A DNA stretch of 64,000 bases, from NCBI RefSeq assembly GCF_009914755.1, contig NC_060932.1; one strand, 5' to 3'. Origin of the DNA: the human T2T-CHM13v2.0 reference genome, Homo sapiens. The notes beneath the pieces are model-generated. The model was not told the DNA's origin and made no database searches. It worked only from the letters and a program-made list of their open reading frames with translations. Numbering within the stretch: the stretch's first letter is position 1; every line of letters starts with the position of its first letter. Shown one piece after another: positions 27,001-41,625 of the stretch. The position numbers were made by a program, and so were the translations under genes.

Positions 27001-30000
27001 AAGAAAATCTAGACAGAAGCATTCTCAGAAACACCTTCGTGATGTTTGCAATCAAGTCACAGAGTTGAACCTTCCGTTTCATAGAGCAGGTTGGAAACAC
27101 TCTTATTGTAGTATCTGGAAGTGGACATTTGGAGCGCTTTCAGGCCTATGGTGAAAAAGGAAATATCTTCCCATAAAAACGACATAGAAGCTATCTCAGG
27201 AACTTGTTTATGATGCATCTAATCAACTAACAGTGTTGAACCTTTGTACTGACAGAGCAGTTTGAAACACTCTTTTTTTGGAATCTGCAAGTGGATATTT
27301 GGATCGCTTTGAGGATTTCGTTGGAAACGGGATGCAATAAAAAACGTACACAGCAGCATACTCAGAAAATACTTTGCCATATTTCCATTCAAGTCACAGA
27401 GTGGAACATTCCCATTCATAGAGCAGGTTTGAAACACTCTTTTTGGAGTATCTGGAAGTGGACATTTGGAGCGCTTTCTGAACTATGGTGAAAAAGGAAA
27501 TATCTTCCAATGAAAACAAGACAGAAGCATTCTGAGAAACTTATTTGTGATGTGTGTCCTCAACAAACGGACTTGAACCTTTCGTTTCATGCAGTACTTC
27601 TGGAACACTCTTTTTGAAGATTCTGCATGCGGATATTTGGATAGCTTTGAGGATTTCGTTGGAAACGGGCTTACATGTAAAAATTAGACAGCAGCATTCT
27701 CAGAAACTTCTTTGTGGTGTCTGCATTCAAGTCACAGAATTGAACTTCCCCTCACATAGAGCAGTTGTGCAGCACTCTATTTGTAGTATCTCGAAGTGGA
27801 CATTTGGAGGGCTTTGTAGCCTATCTGGAAAAAGGAAATATCTTCCCATGAATGCGAGATAGAAGTAATCTCAGAAACATGTTTATGCTGTATCTACTCA
27901 ACTAACTGTGCTGAACATTTCTATTGATAGAGCAGTTTTGAGACACTCTTCTTTTGGAATCTGCAAGTGGATATTTGGATAGATTTGAGGATTTCGTTGG
28001 AAACGGGATTATATATAAAAAGTAGACAGCAGCATTCTCAGAAACTTCTTTGTGATGTTTGCATCCAGCTCTCAGAGTTGAACATTCCCTTTCATAGAGT
28101 AGGTTTGAAACCCTCTTTTTATAGTGTCTGGAAGCGGGCATTTGGAGCGCTTTCAGGCCTATGCTTAAAATAGGAAATATCTACCTATAGAAACTAGACA
28201 GAAGCATTCTGAGAATCACGTTTGTGATGTGGGTACTCAACTAACAGTGTTGATCCATTCTTTTGATACAGCAGTTTTGAACCACACTTTTTGTAGAATC
28301 TGCAAGTGGATATTTGGATAGCTGTGAGGATTTCGTTGGAAACGGGAATGTCTTCATAGAAAATTTAGACAGAAGCATTCTCAGGACCTTGATTGTGATG
28401 TGTGTTCTCCACTAACAGAGTTGAACCTTTCTTTTGACAGAACTGTTCTGAAACATTCTTTTTATAGAATCTGGAAGTGGATATTTGGAAAGCTTTGAGG
28501 ATTTCGTTGGAAACGGGAATATCTTCAAATCAAATCTAGCCAGAAGCATTCTAAGAAACATCTTAGGGATGTTTACATTCAAGTCACAGAGTTGAACATT
28601 CCCTTTCACAGAGCAGGTTTGAAACAATCTTCTCGTACTATCTGGCAGTGGACATTTTGAGCTCCTTGGGGCCTATGCTGAAAAAGGAAATATCTTCCGA
28701 CAAAAACTAGACAGAAGCATTCGCAGAATCACGTTTGTGATGTGTGCACTCAACTGTCAGAATTGAACCTTGGTTTGGACAGAGCACTTTTGAAACACTC
28801 TTTTTGTAGAATCTGCAGGTGGATATTTGGCTAGCTTTGAGGATTTCGTTGGAAACGGTAATGTCTTCAAAGAAAATCTAGACAGAAGCATTCTCAGAAA
28901 CAACTTCGTGATGTTTGCAATCAAGTCACAGAGTTGAACCTTCCGTTTCATAGAGCAGGTTGGAAACACTCTTTTTGTAGTATCTGGAAGTGGACATTTG
29001 GAGGGCTTTGTAGCCTATCTGGAAAAAGGAAATATCTTCCCATGAATGCGAGATAGAAGTAATCTCAGAAACATGTTTATGCTGTATCTACTCAACTAAC
29101 TGTGCTGAACATTTCTATTGATAGAGCAGTTTTGAGACACTCTTCTTTTGGAATCTGCAAGTGGATATTTGGATAGATTTGAGGATTTCGTTGGAAACGG
29201 GATTATATATAAAAAGTAGACAGCAGCATTCTCAGAAACTTCTTTGTGATGTTTGCATCCAGCTCTCACAGTTGAGCATTCCCTTTCATAGAGTAGGTTT
29301 GAAACCCTCTTTTTATAGTGTCTGGAAGCGGGCATTTGGAGCGCTTTCAGGCCTATGCTTAAAATAGGAAATATCTACCTACAGAAACTAGACAGAAGCA
29401 TTCTGAGAATCACGTTTGTGATGTGGGTACTCAACTAACAGTGTTGATCCATTCTTTTGATACAGCAGTTTTGAACCACACTTTTTGTAGAATCTGCAAG
29501 TGGATATTTGGATAGCTGTGAGGATTTCGTTGGAAACGGTAATGTCTTCAAAGAAAATCTAGACAGAAGCATTCTCAGAAACACCTTCGTGATGTTTGCA
29601 ATCAAGTCACAGTTGAACCTTCCGTTTCATAGAGCAGGTTGGAAACACTCTTATTGTAGTATCTGGAAGTGGACATTTGGAGCGCTTTCAGGCCTATGGT
29701 GAAAAAGGAAATATCTTCCCATAAAAACGACATAGAAGCTATCTCAGGAACTTGTTTATGATGCATCTAATCAACTAACAGTGTTGAACCTTTGTACTGA
29801 CAGAGCAGTTTGAAACACTCTTTTTTTGGAATCTGCAAGTGGATATTTGGATCGCTTTGAGGATTTCGTTGGAAACGGGATGCAATATAAAACGTACACA
29901 GCAGCATACTCAGAAAATACTTTGCCATATTTCCATTCAAGTCACAGAGTGGAACATTCCCATTCATAGAGCAGGTTGGAAACACTCTTTTTGGAGTATC

Positions 30001-31263
30001 TGGAAGTGGACATTTGGAGCGCTTTCTGAACTATGGTGAAAAAGGAAATATCTTCCAATGAAAACAAGACAGAAGCATTCTGAAAAACTTATTTGTGATG
30101 TGTGTCCTCAACAAACGGACTTGAACCTTTCGTTTCATGCAGTACTTCTGGAACACTCTTTTTGAAGATTCTGCATGCGGATATTTGGATAGCTTTGAGG
30201 ATTTCGTTGGAAACGGGCTTACATGTAAAAATTAGACAGCAGCATTCTCAGAAACTTCTTTGTGGTGTCTGCATTCAAGTCACAGAATTGAACTTCCCCT
30301 CACATAGAGCAGTTGTGCAGCACTCTATTTGTAGTATCTGGAAGTGGACATTTGGAGGGCTTTGTAGCCTATCTGGAAAAAGGAAATATCTTCCCATGAA
30401 TGCGAGATAGAAGTAATCTCAGAAACATGTTTATGCTGTATCTACTCAACTAACTGTGCTGAACATTTCTATTGATAGAGCAGTTTTGAGACACTCTTCT
30501 TTTGGAATCTGCAAGTGGATATTTGGATAGATTTGAGGATTTCGTTGGAAACGGGATTATATATAAAAAGTAGACAGCAGCATTCTCAGAAACTTCTTTG
30601 TGATGTTTGCATCCAGCTCTCAGAGTTGAACATTCCCTTTCATAGAGTAGGTTTGAAACCCTCTTTTTATAGTGTCTGGAAGCGGGCATTTGGAGCGCTT
30701 TCAGGCCTATGCTTAAAATAGGAAATATCTACCTATAGAAACTAGACAGAAGCATTCTGAGAATCACGTTTGTGATGTGGGTACTCAACTAACAGTGTTG
30801 ATCCATTCTTTTGATACAGCAGTTTTGAACCACACTTTTTGTAGAATCTGCAAGTGGATATTTGGATAGCTGTGAGGATTTCGTTGGAAACGGGAATGTC
30901 TTCATAGAAAATTTAGACAGAAGCATTCTCAGAACCTTGATTGTGATGTGTGTTCTCCACTAACAGAGTTGAACCTTTCTTTTGACAGAACTGTTCTGAA
31001 ACATTCTTTTTATAGAATCTGGAAGTGGATATTTGGAAAGCTTTGAGGATTTCGTTGGAAACGGGAATATCTTCAAATAAAATCTAGCCAGAAGCATTCT
31101 AAGAAACATCTTAGGGATGTTTACATTCAAGTCACAGAGTTGAACATTCCCTTTCACAGAGCAGGTTTGAAACAATCTTCTCGTACTATCTGGCAGTGGA
31201 CATTTTGAGCTCCTTGGGGCCTATGCTGAAAAAGGAAATATCTTCCGACAAAAACTAGACAGA
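21068..31263 (+). repeat. Four 15-mer HORs (starts 21068, 23617, 26166, 28716; 2549, 2549, 2550, 2548 bp)
   Basis: Anchor spacing. The +1 bp comes from the recombinant h monomer and the -2 bp from an AG deletion near 29611. Confidence 0.93.
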
Positions 31264-34200
31264 AGCATTCGCAGAATCACGTTTGTGATGTGTGCACTCA
31301 ACTGTCAGAATTGAACCTTGGTTTGGACAGAGCACTTTTGAAACACTCTTTTTGTAGAATCTGCAGGTGGATATTTGGCTAGCTTTGAGGATTTCGTTGG
31401 AAACGGTAATGTCTTCAAAGAAAATCTAGACAGAAGCATTCTCAGAAACAACTTCGTGATGTTTGCAATCAAGTCACAGAGTTGAACCTTCCGTTTCATA
31501 GAGCAGGTTGGAAACACTCTTTTTGTAGTATCTGGAAGTGGACATTTGGAGGGCTTTGTAGCCTATCTGGAAAAAGGAAATATCTTCCCATGAATGCGAG
31601 ATAGAAGTAATCTCAGAAACATGTTTATGCTGTATCTACTCAACTAACTGTGCTGAACATTTCTATTGATAGAACAGTTTTGAGACACTCTTCTTTTGGA
31701 ATCTGCAAGTGGATATTTGGATAGATTTGAGGATTTCGTTGGAAACGGGATTATATATAAAAAGTAGACAGCAGCATTCTCAGAAACTTCTTTGTGATGT
31801 TTGCATCCAGCTCTCAGAGTTGAGCATTCCCTTTCATAGAGTAGGTTTGAAACCCTCTTTTTATAGTGTCTGGAAGCGGGCATTTGGAGCGCTTTCAGGC
31901 CTATGCTTAAAATAGGAAATATCTACCTACAGAAACTAGACAGAAGCATTCTGAGAATCACGTTTGTGATGTGGGTACTCAACTAACAGTGTTGATCCAT
32001 TCTTTTGATACAGCAGTTTTGAACCACACTTTTTGGAGAATCTGCAAGTGGATATTTGGATAGCTGTGAGGATTTCGTTGGAAACGGTAATGTCTTCAAA
32101 GAAAATCTAGACAGAAGCATTCTCAGAAACACCTTCGTGATGTTTGCAATCAAGTCACAGAGTTGAACCTTCCGTTTCATAGAGCAGGTTGGAAACACTC
32201 TTATTGTAGTATCTGGAAGTGGACATTTGGAGCGCTTTCAGGCCTATGGTGAAAAAGGAAATATCTTCCCATAAAAACGACATAGAAGCTATCTCAGGAA
32301 CTTGTTTATGATGCATCTAATCAACTAACAGTGTTGAACCTTTGTACTGACAGAGCAGTTTGAAACACTCTTTTTTTGGAATCTGCAAGTGGATATTTGG
32401 ATCGCTTTGAGGATTTCGTTGGAAACGGGATGCAATATAAAACGTACACAGCAGCATACTCAGAAAATACTTTGCCATATTTCCATTCAAGTCACAGAGT
32501 GGAACATTCCCATTCATAGAGCAGGTTGGAAACACTCTTTTTGGAGTATCTGGAAGTGGACATTTGGAGCGCTTTCTGAACTATGGTGAAAAAGGAAATA
32601 TCTTCCAATGAAAACAAGACAGAAGCATTCTGAGAAACTTATTTGTGATGTGTGTCCTCAACAAACGGACTTGAACCTTTCGTTTCATGCAGTACTTCTG
32701 GAACACTCTTTTTGAAGATTCTGCATGCGGATATTTGGATAGCTTTGAGGATTTCGTTGGAAACGGGCTTACATGTAAAAATTAGACAGCAGCATTCTCA
32801 GAAACTTCTTTGTGGTGTCTGCATTCAAGTCACAGAATTGAACTTCCCCTCACATAGAGCAGTTGTGCAGCACTCTATTTGTAGTATCTGGAAGTGGACA
32901 TTTGGAGGGCTTTGTAGCCTATCTGGAAAAAGGAAATATCTTCCCATGAATGCGAGATAGAAGTAATCTCAGAAACATGTTTATGCTGTATCTACTCAAC
33001 TAACTGTGCTGAACATTTCTATTGATAGAGCAGTTTTGAGACACTCTTCTTTTGGAATCTGCAAGTGGATATTTGGATAGATTTGAGGATTTCGTTGGAA
33101 ACGGGATTATATACAAAAAGTAGACAGCAGCATTCTCAGAAACTTCTTTGTGATGTTTGCATCCAGCTCTCAGAGTTGAGCATTCCCTTTCATAGAGTAG
33201 GTTTGAAACCCTCTTTTTATAGTGTCTGGAAGCGGGCATTTGGAGCGCTTTCAGGCCTATGCTTAAAATAGGAAATATCTACCTACAGAAACTAGACAGA
33301 AGCATTCTGAGAATCACGTTTGTGATGTGGGTACTCAACTAACAGTGTTGATCCATTCTTTTGATACAGCAGTTTTGAACCACACTTTTTGTAGAATCTG
33401 CAAGAGGATATTTGGATAGCTGTGAGGATTTCGTTGGAAACGGGAATGTCTTCAAAGAAAATCTAGACAGAAGCATTCTCAGAAACACCTTCGTGATGTT
33501 TGCAATCAAGTCACAGAGTTGAACCTTCCGTTTCATAGAGCAGGTTGGAAACACTCTTATTGTAGTATCTGGAAGTGGACATTTGGAGCGCTTTCAGGCC
33601 TATGGTGAAAAAGGAAATATCTTCCCATAAAAACGACATAGAAGCTATCTCAGGAACTTGTTTATGATGCATCTAATCAACTAACAGTGTTGAACCTTTG
33701 TACTGACAGAGCAGTTTGAAACACTCTTTTTTTGGAATCTGCAAGTGGATATTTGGATCGCTTTGAGGATTTCGTTGGAAACGGGATGCAATAAAAAACG
33801 TACACAGCAGCATACTCAGAAAATACTTTGCCATATTTCCATTCAAGTCACAGAGTGGAACATTCCCATTCATAGAGCAGGTTTGAAACACTCTTTTTGG
33901 AGTATCTGGAAGTGGACATTTGGAGCGCTTTCTGAACTATGGTGAAAAAGGAAATATCTTCCAATGAAAACAAGACAGAAGCATTCTGAGAAACTTATTT
34001 GTGATGTGTGTCCTCAACAAACGGACTTGAACCTTTCGTTTCATGCAGTACTTCTGGAACACTCTTTTTGAAGATTCTGCATGCGGATATTTGGATAGCT
34101 TTGAGGATTTCGTTGGAAACGGGCTTACATGTAAAAATTAGACAGCAGCATTCTCAGAAACTTCTTTGTGGTGTCTGCATTCAAGTCACAGAATTGAACT

Positions 34201-35169
34201 TCCCCTCACATAGAGCAGTTGTGCAGCACTCTATTTGTAGTATCTCGAAGTGGACATTTGGAGGGCTTTGTAGCCTATCTGGAAAAAGGAAATATCTTCC
34301 CATGAATGCGAGATAGAAGTAATCTCAGAAACATGTTTATGCTGTATCTACTCAACTAACTGTGCTGAACATTTCTATTGATAGAGCAGTTTTGAGACAC
34401 TCTTCTTTTGGAATCTGCAAGTGGATATTTGGATAGATTTGAGGATTTCGTTGGAAACGGGATTATATATAAAAAGTAGACAGCAGCATTCTCAGAAACT
34501 TCTTTGTGATGTTTGCATCCAGCTCTCAGAGTTGAACATTCCCTTTCATAGAGTAGGTTTGAAACCCTCTTTTTATAGTGTCTGGAAGCGGGCATTTGGA
34601 GCGCTTTCAGGCCTATGCTTAAAATAGGAAATATCTACCTATAGAAACTAGACAGAAGCATTCTGAGAATCACGTTTGTGATGTGGGTACTCAACTAACA
34701 GTGTTGATCCATTCTTTTGATACAGCAGTTTTGAACCACACTTTTTGTAGAATCTGCAAGTGGATATTTGGATAGCTGTGAGGATTTCGTTGGAAACGGG
34801 AATGTCTTCATAGAAAATTTAGACAGAAGCATTCTCAGAACCTTGATTGTGATGTGTGTTCTCCACTAACAGAGTTGAACCTTTCTTTTGACAGAACTGT
34901 TCTGAAACATTCTTTTTATAGAATCTGGAAGTGGATATTTGGAAAGCTTTGAGGATTTCGTTGGAAACGGGAATATCTTCAAATCAAATCTAGCCAGAAG
35001 CATTCTAAGAAACATCTTAGGGATGTTTACATTCAAGTCACAGAGTTGAACATTCCCTTTCACAGAGCAGGTTTGAAACAATCTTCTCGTACTATCTGGC
35101 AGTGGACATTTTGAGCTCCTTGGGGCCTATGCTGAAAAAGGAAATATCTTCCGACAAAAACTAGACAGA
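31264..35169 (+). repeat. 23-mer HOR variant (3906 bp)
   Basis: Anchor spacing is 3906, with 8-mer blocks at 31606 and 32962. Confidence 0.93.
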
Positions 35170-37719
35170 AGCATTCGCAGAATCACGTTTGTGATGTGTG
35201 CACTCAACTGTCAGAATTGAACCTTGGTTTGGACAGAGCACTTTTGAAACACTCTTTTTGTAGAATCTGCAGGTGGATATTTGGCTAGCTTTGAGGATTT
35301 CGTTGGAAACGGTAATGTCTTCAAAGAAAATCTAGACAGAAGCATTCTCAGAAACAACTTCGTGATGTTTGCAATCAAGTCACAGAGTTGAACCTTCCGT
35401 TTCATAGAGCAGGTTGGAAACACTCTTTTTGTAGTATCTGGAAGTGGACATTTGGAGGGCTTTGTAGCCTATCTGGAAAAAGGAAATATCTTCCCATGAA
35501 TGCGAGATAGAAGTAATCTCAGAAACATGTTTATGCTGTATCTACTCAACTAACTGTGCTGAACATTTCTATTGATAGAGCAGTTTTGAGACACTCTTCT
35601 TTTGGAATCTGCAAGTGGATATTTGGATAGATTTGAGGATTTCGTTGGAAACGGGATTATATATAAAAAGTAGACAGCAGCATTCTCAGAAACTTCTTTG
35701 TGATGTTTGCATCCAGCTCTCAGAGTTGAGCATTCCCTTTCATAGAGTAGGTTTGAAACCCTCTTTTTATAGTGTCTGGAAGCGGGCATTTGGAGCGCTT
35801 TCAGGCCTATGCTTAAAATAGGAAATATCTACCTACAGAAACTAGACAGAAGCATTCTGAGAATCACGTTTGTGATGTGGGTACTCAACTAACAGTGTTG
35901 ATCCATTCTTTTGATACAGCAGTTTTGAACCACACTTTTTGTAGAATCTGCAAGTGGATATTTGGATAGCTGTGAGGATTTCGTTGGAAACGGTAATGTC
36001 TTCAAAGAAAATCTAGACAGAAGCATTCTCAGAAACACCTTCGTGATGTTTGCAATCAAGTCACAGAGTTGAACCTTCCGTTTCATAGAGCAGGTTGGAA
36101 ACACTCTTATTGTAGTATCTGGAAGTGGACATTTGGAGCGCTTTCAGGCCTATGGTGAAAAAGGAAATATCTTCCCATAAAAACGACATAGAAGCTATCT
36201 CAGGAACTTGTTTATGATGCATCTAATCAACTAACAGTGTTGAACCTTTGTACTGACAGAGCAGTTTGAAACACTCTTTTTTTGGAATCTGCAAGTGGAT
36301 ATTTGGATCGCTTTGAGGATTTCGTTGGAAACGGGATGCAATATAAAACGTACACAGCAGCATACTCAGAAAATACTTTGCCATATTTCCATTCAAGTCA
36401 CAGAGTGGAACATTCCCATTCATAGAGCAGGTTGGAAACACTCTTTTTGGAGTATCTGGAAGTGGACATTTGGAGCGCTTTCTGAACTATGGTGAAAAAG
36501 GAAATATCTTCCAATGAAAACAAGACAGAAGCATCCTGAAAAACTTATTTGTGATGTGTGTCCTCAACAAACGGACTTGAACCTTTCGTTTCATGCAGTA
36601 CTTCTGGAACACTCTTTTTGAAGATTCTGCATGCGGATATTTGGATAGCTTTGAGGATTTCGTTGGAAACGGGCTTACATGTAAAAATTAGACAGCAGCA
36701 TTCTCAGAAACTTCTTTGTGGTGTCTGCATTCAAGTCACAGAATTGAACTTCCCCTCACATAGAGCAGTTGTGCAGCACTCTATTTGTAGTATCTGGAAG
36801 TGGACATTTGGAGGGCTTTGTAGCCTATCTGGAAAAAGGAAATATCTTCCCATGAATGCGAGATAGAAGTAATCTCAGAAACATGTTTATGCTGTATCTA
36901 CTCAACTAACTGTGCTGAACATTTCTATTGATAGAGCAGTTTTGAGACACTCTTCTTTTGGAATCTGCAAGTGGATATTTGGATAGATTTGAGGATTTCG
37001 TTGGAAACGGGATTATATATAAAAAGTAGACAGCAGCATTCTCAGAAACTTCTTTGTGATGTTTGCATCCAGCTCTCAGAGTTGAACATTCCCTTTCATA
37101 GAGTAGGTTTGAAACCCTCTTTTTATAGTGTCTGGAAGCGGGCATTTGGAGCGCTTTCAGGCCTATGCTTAAAATAGGAAATATCTACCTATAGAAACTA
37201 GACAGAAGCATTCTGAGAATCACGTTTGTGATGTGGGTACTCAACTAACAGTGTTGATCCATTCTTTTGATACAGCAGTTTTGAACCACACTTTTTGTAG
37301 AATCTGCAAGTGGATATTTGGATAGCTGTGAGGATTTCGTTGGAAACGGGAATGTCTTCATAGAAAATTTAGACAGAAGCATTCTCAGAACCTTGATTGT
37401 GATGTGTGTTCTCCACTAACAGAGTTGAACCTTTCTTTTGACAGAACTGTTCTGAAACATTCTTTTTATAGAATCTGGAAGTGGATATTTGGAAAGCTTT
37501 GAGGATTTCGTTGGAAACGGGAATATCTTCAAATCAAATCTAGCCAGAAGCATTCTAAGAAACATCTTAGGGATGTTTACATTCAAGTCACAGAGTTGAA
37601 CATTCCCTTTCACAGAGCAGGTTTGAAACAATCTTCTCGTACTATCTGGCAGTGGACATTTTGAGCTCCTTGGGGCCTATGCTGAAAAAGGAAATATCTT
37701 CCGACAAAAACTAGACAGA
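35170..37719 (+). repeat. 15-mer HOR (2550 bp)
   Basis: Anchor spacing is 2550. Confidence 0.93.
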
Positions 37720-40700
37720 AGCATTCGCAGAATCACGTTTGTGATGTGTGCACTCAACTGTCAGAATTGAACCTTGGTTTGGACAGAGCACTTTTGAAAC
37801 ACTCTTTTTGTAGAATCTGCAGGTGGATATTTGGCTAGCTTTGAGGATTTCGTTGGAAACGGTAATGTCTTCAAAGAAAATCTAGACAGAAGCATTCTCA
37901 GAAACAACTTCGTGATGTTTGCAATCAAGTCACAGAGTTGAACCTTCCGTTTCATAGAGCAGGTTGGAAACACTCTTTTTGTAGTATCTGGAAGTGGACA
38001 TTTGGAGGGCTTTGTAGCCTATCTGGAAAAAGGAAATATCTTCCCATGAATGCGAGATAGAAGTAATCTCAGAAACATGTTTATGCTGTATCTACTCAAC
38101 TAACTGTGCTGAACATTTCTATTGATAGAACAGTTTTGAGACACTCTTCTTTTGGAATCTGCAAGTGGATATTTGGATAGATTTGAGGATTTCGTTGGAA
38201 ACGGGATTATATATAAAAAGTAGACAGCAGCATTCTCAGAAACTTCTTTGTGATGTTTGCATCCAGCTCTCAGAGTTGAGCATTCCCTTTCATAGAGTAG
38301 GTTTGAAACCCTCTTTTTATAGTGTCTGGAAGCGGGCATTTGGAGCGCTTTCAGGCCTATGCTTAAAATAGGAAATATCTACCTACAGAAACTAGACAGA
38401 AGCATTCTGAGAATCACGTTTGTGATGTGGGTACTCAACTAACAGTGTTGATCCATTCTTTTGATACAGCAGTTTTGAACCACACTTTTTGTAGAATCTG
38501 CAAGTGGATATTTGGATAGCTGTGAGGATTTCGTTGGAAACGGTAATGTCTTCAAAGAAAATCTAGACAGAAGCATTCTCAGAAACACCTTCGTGATGTT
38601 TGCAATCAAGTCACAGAGTTGAACCTTCCGTTTCATAGAGCAGGTTGGAAACACTCTTATTGTAGTATCTGGAAGTGGACATTTGGAGCGCTTTCAGGCC
38701 TATGGTGAAAAAGGAAATATCTTCCCATAAAAACGACATAGAAGCTATCTCAGGAACTTGTTTATGATGCATCTAATCAACTAACAGTGTTGAACCTTTG
38801 TACTGACAGAGCAGTTTGAAACACTCTTTTTTTGGAATCTGCAAGTGGATATTTGGATCGCTTTGAGGATTTCGTTGGAAACGGGATGCAATATAAAACG
38901 TACACAGCAGCATACTCAGAAAATACTTTGCCATATTTCCATTCAAGTCACAGAGTGGAACATTCCCATTCATAGAGCAGGTTGGAAACACTCTTTTTGG
39001 AGTATCTGGAAGTGGACATTTGGAGCGCTTTCTGAACTATGGTGAAAAAGGAAATATCTTCCAATGAAAACAAGACAGAAGCATTCTGAGAAACTTATTT
39101 GTGATGTGTGTCCTCAACAAACGGACTTGAACCTTTCGTTTCATGCAGTACTTCTGGAACACTCTTTTTGAAGATTCTGCATGCGGATATTTGGATAGCT
39201 TTGAGGATTTCGTTGGAAACGGGCTTACATGTAAAAATTAGACAGCAGCATTCTCAGAAACTTCTTTGTGGTGTCTGCATTCAAGTCACAGAATTGAACT
39301 TCCCCTCACATAGAGCAGTTGTGCAGCACTCTATTTGTAGTATCTGGAAGTGGACATTTGGAGGGCTTTGTAGCCTATCTGGAAAAAGGAAATATCTTCC
39401 CATGAATGCGAGATAGAAGTAATCTCAGAAACATGTTTATGCTCTATCTACTCAACTAACTGTGCTGAACATTTCTATTGATAGAGCAGTTTTGAGACAC
39501 TCTTCTTTTGGAATCTGCAAGTGGATATTTGGATAGATTTGAGGATTTCGTTGGAAACGGGATTATATATAAAAAGTAGACAGCAGCATTCTCAGAAACT
39601 TCTTTGTGATGTTTGCATCCAGCTCTCAGAGTTGAACATTCCCTTTCATAGAGTAGGTTTGAAACCCTCTTTTTATAGTGTCTGGAAGCGGGCATTTGGA
39701 GCGCTTTCAGGCCTATGCTTAAAATAGGAAATATCTACCTACAGAAACTAGACAGAAGCATTCTGAGAATCACGTTTGTGATGTGGGTACTCAACTAACA
39801 GTGTTGATCCATTCTTTTGATACAGCAGTTTTGAACCACACTTTTTGTAGAATCTGCAAGAGGATATTTGGATAGCTGTGAGGATTTCGTTGGAAACGGG
39901 AATGTCTTCAAAGAAAATCTAGACAGAAGCATTCTCAGAAACACCTTCGTGATGTTTGCAATCAAGTCACAGAGTTGAACCTTCCGTTTCATAGAGCAGG
40001 TTGGAAACACTCTTATTGTAGTATCTGGAAGTGGACATTTGGAGCGCTTTCAGGCCTATGGTGAAAAAGGAAATATCTTCCCATAAAAACGACATAGAAG
40101 CTATCTCAGGAACTTGTTTATGATGCATCTAATCAACTAACAGTGTTGAACCTTTGTACTGACAGAGCAGTTTGAAACACTCTTTTTTTGGAATCTGCAA
40201 GTGGATATTTGGATCGCTTTGAGGATTTCGTTGGAAACGGGATGCAATATAAAACGTACACAGCAGCATACTCAGAAAATACTTTGCCATATTTCCATTC
40301 AAGTCACAGAGTGGAACATTCCCATTCATAGAGCAGGTTTGAAACACACTTTTTGGAGTATCTGGAAGTGGACATTTGGAGCGCTTTCTGAACTATGGTG
40401 AAAAAGGAAATATCTTCCAATGAAAACAAGACAGAAACATTCTGAGAAACTTATTTGTGATGTGTGTCCTCAACAAACGGACTTGAACCTTTCGTTTCAT
40501 GCAGTACTTCTGGAACACTCTTTTTGAAGATTCTGCATGCGGATATTTGGATAGCTTTGAGGATTTCGTTGGAAACGGGCTTACATGTAAAAATTAGACA
40601 GCAACATTCTCAGAAACTTCTTTGTGGTGTCTGCATTCAAGTCACAGAATTGAACTTCCCCTCACATAGAGCAGTTGTGCAGCACTCTATTTGTAGTATC

Positions 40701-41625
40701 TCGAAGTGGACATTTGGAGGGCTTTGTAGCCTATCTGGAAAAAGGAAATATCTTCCCATGAATGCGAGATAGAAGTAATCTCAGAAACATGTTTATGCTG
40801 TATCTACTCAACTAACTGTGCTGAACATTTCTATTGATAGAGCAGTTTTGAGACACTCTTCTTTTGGAATCTGCAAGTGGATATTTGGATAGATTTGAGG
40901 ATTTCGTTGGAAACGGGATTATATATCAAAAGTAGACAGCAGCATTCTCAGAAACTTCTTTGTGATGTTTGCATCCAGCTCTCAGAGTTGAACATTCCCT
41001 TTCATAGAGTAGGTTTGAAACCCTCTTTTTATAGTGTCTGGAAGCGGGCATTTGGAGCGCTTTCAGGCCTATGCTTAAAATAGGAAATATCTACCTATAG
41101 AAACTAGACAGAAGCATTCTGAGAATCACGTTTGTGATGTGGGTACTCAACTAACAGTGTTGATCCATTCTTTTGATACAGCAGTTTTGAACCACACTTT
41201 TTGTAGAATCTGCAAGTGGATATTTGGATAGCTGTGAGGATTTCGTTGGAAACGGGAATGTCTTCATAGAAAATTTAGACAGAAGCATTCTCAGAACCTT
41301 GATTGTGATGTGTGTTCTCCACTAACAGAGTTGAACCTTTCTTTTGACAGAACTGTTCTGAAACATTCTTTTTATAGAATCTGGAAGTGGATATTTGGAA
41401 AGCTTTGAGGATTTCGTTGGAAACGGGAATATCTTCAAATCAAATCTAGCCAGAAGCATTCTAAGAAACATCTTAGGGATGTTTACATTCAAGTCACAGA
41501 GTTGAACATTCCCTTTCACAGAGCAGGTTTGAAACAATCTTCTCGTACTATCTGGCAGTGGACATTTTGAGCTCCTTGGGGCCTATGCTGAAAAAGGAAA
41601 TATCTTCCGACAAAAACTAGACAGA
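37720..41625 (+). repeat. 23-mer HOR variant (3906 bp)
   Basis: Anchor spacing is 3906, with 8-mer blocks at 38062 and 39418. Confidence 0.93.
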
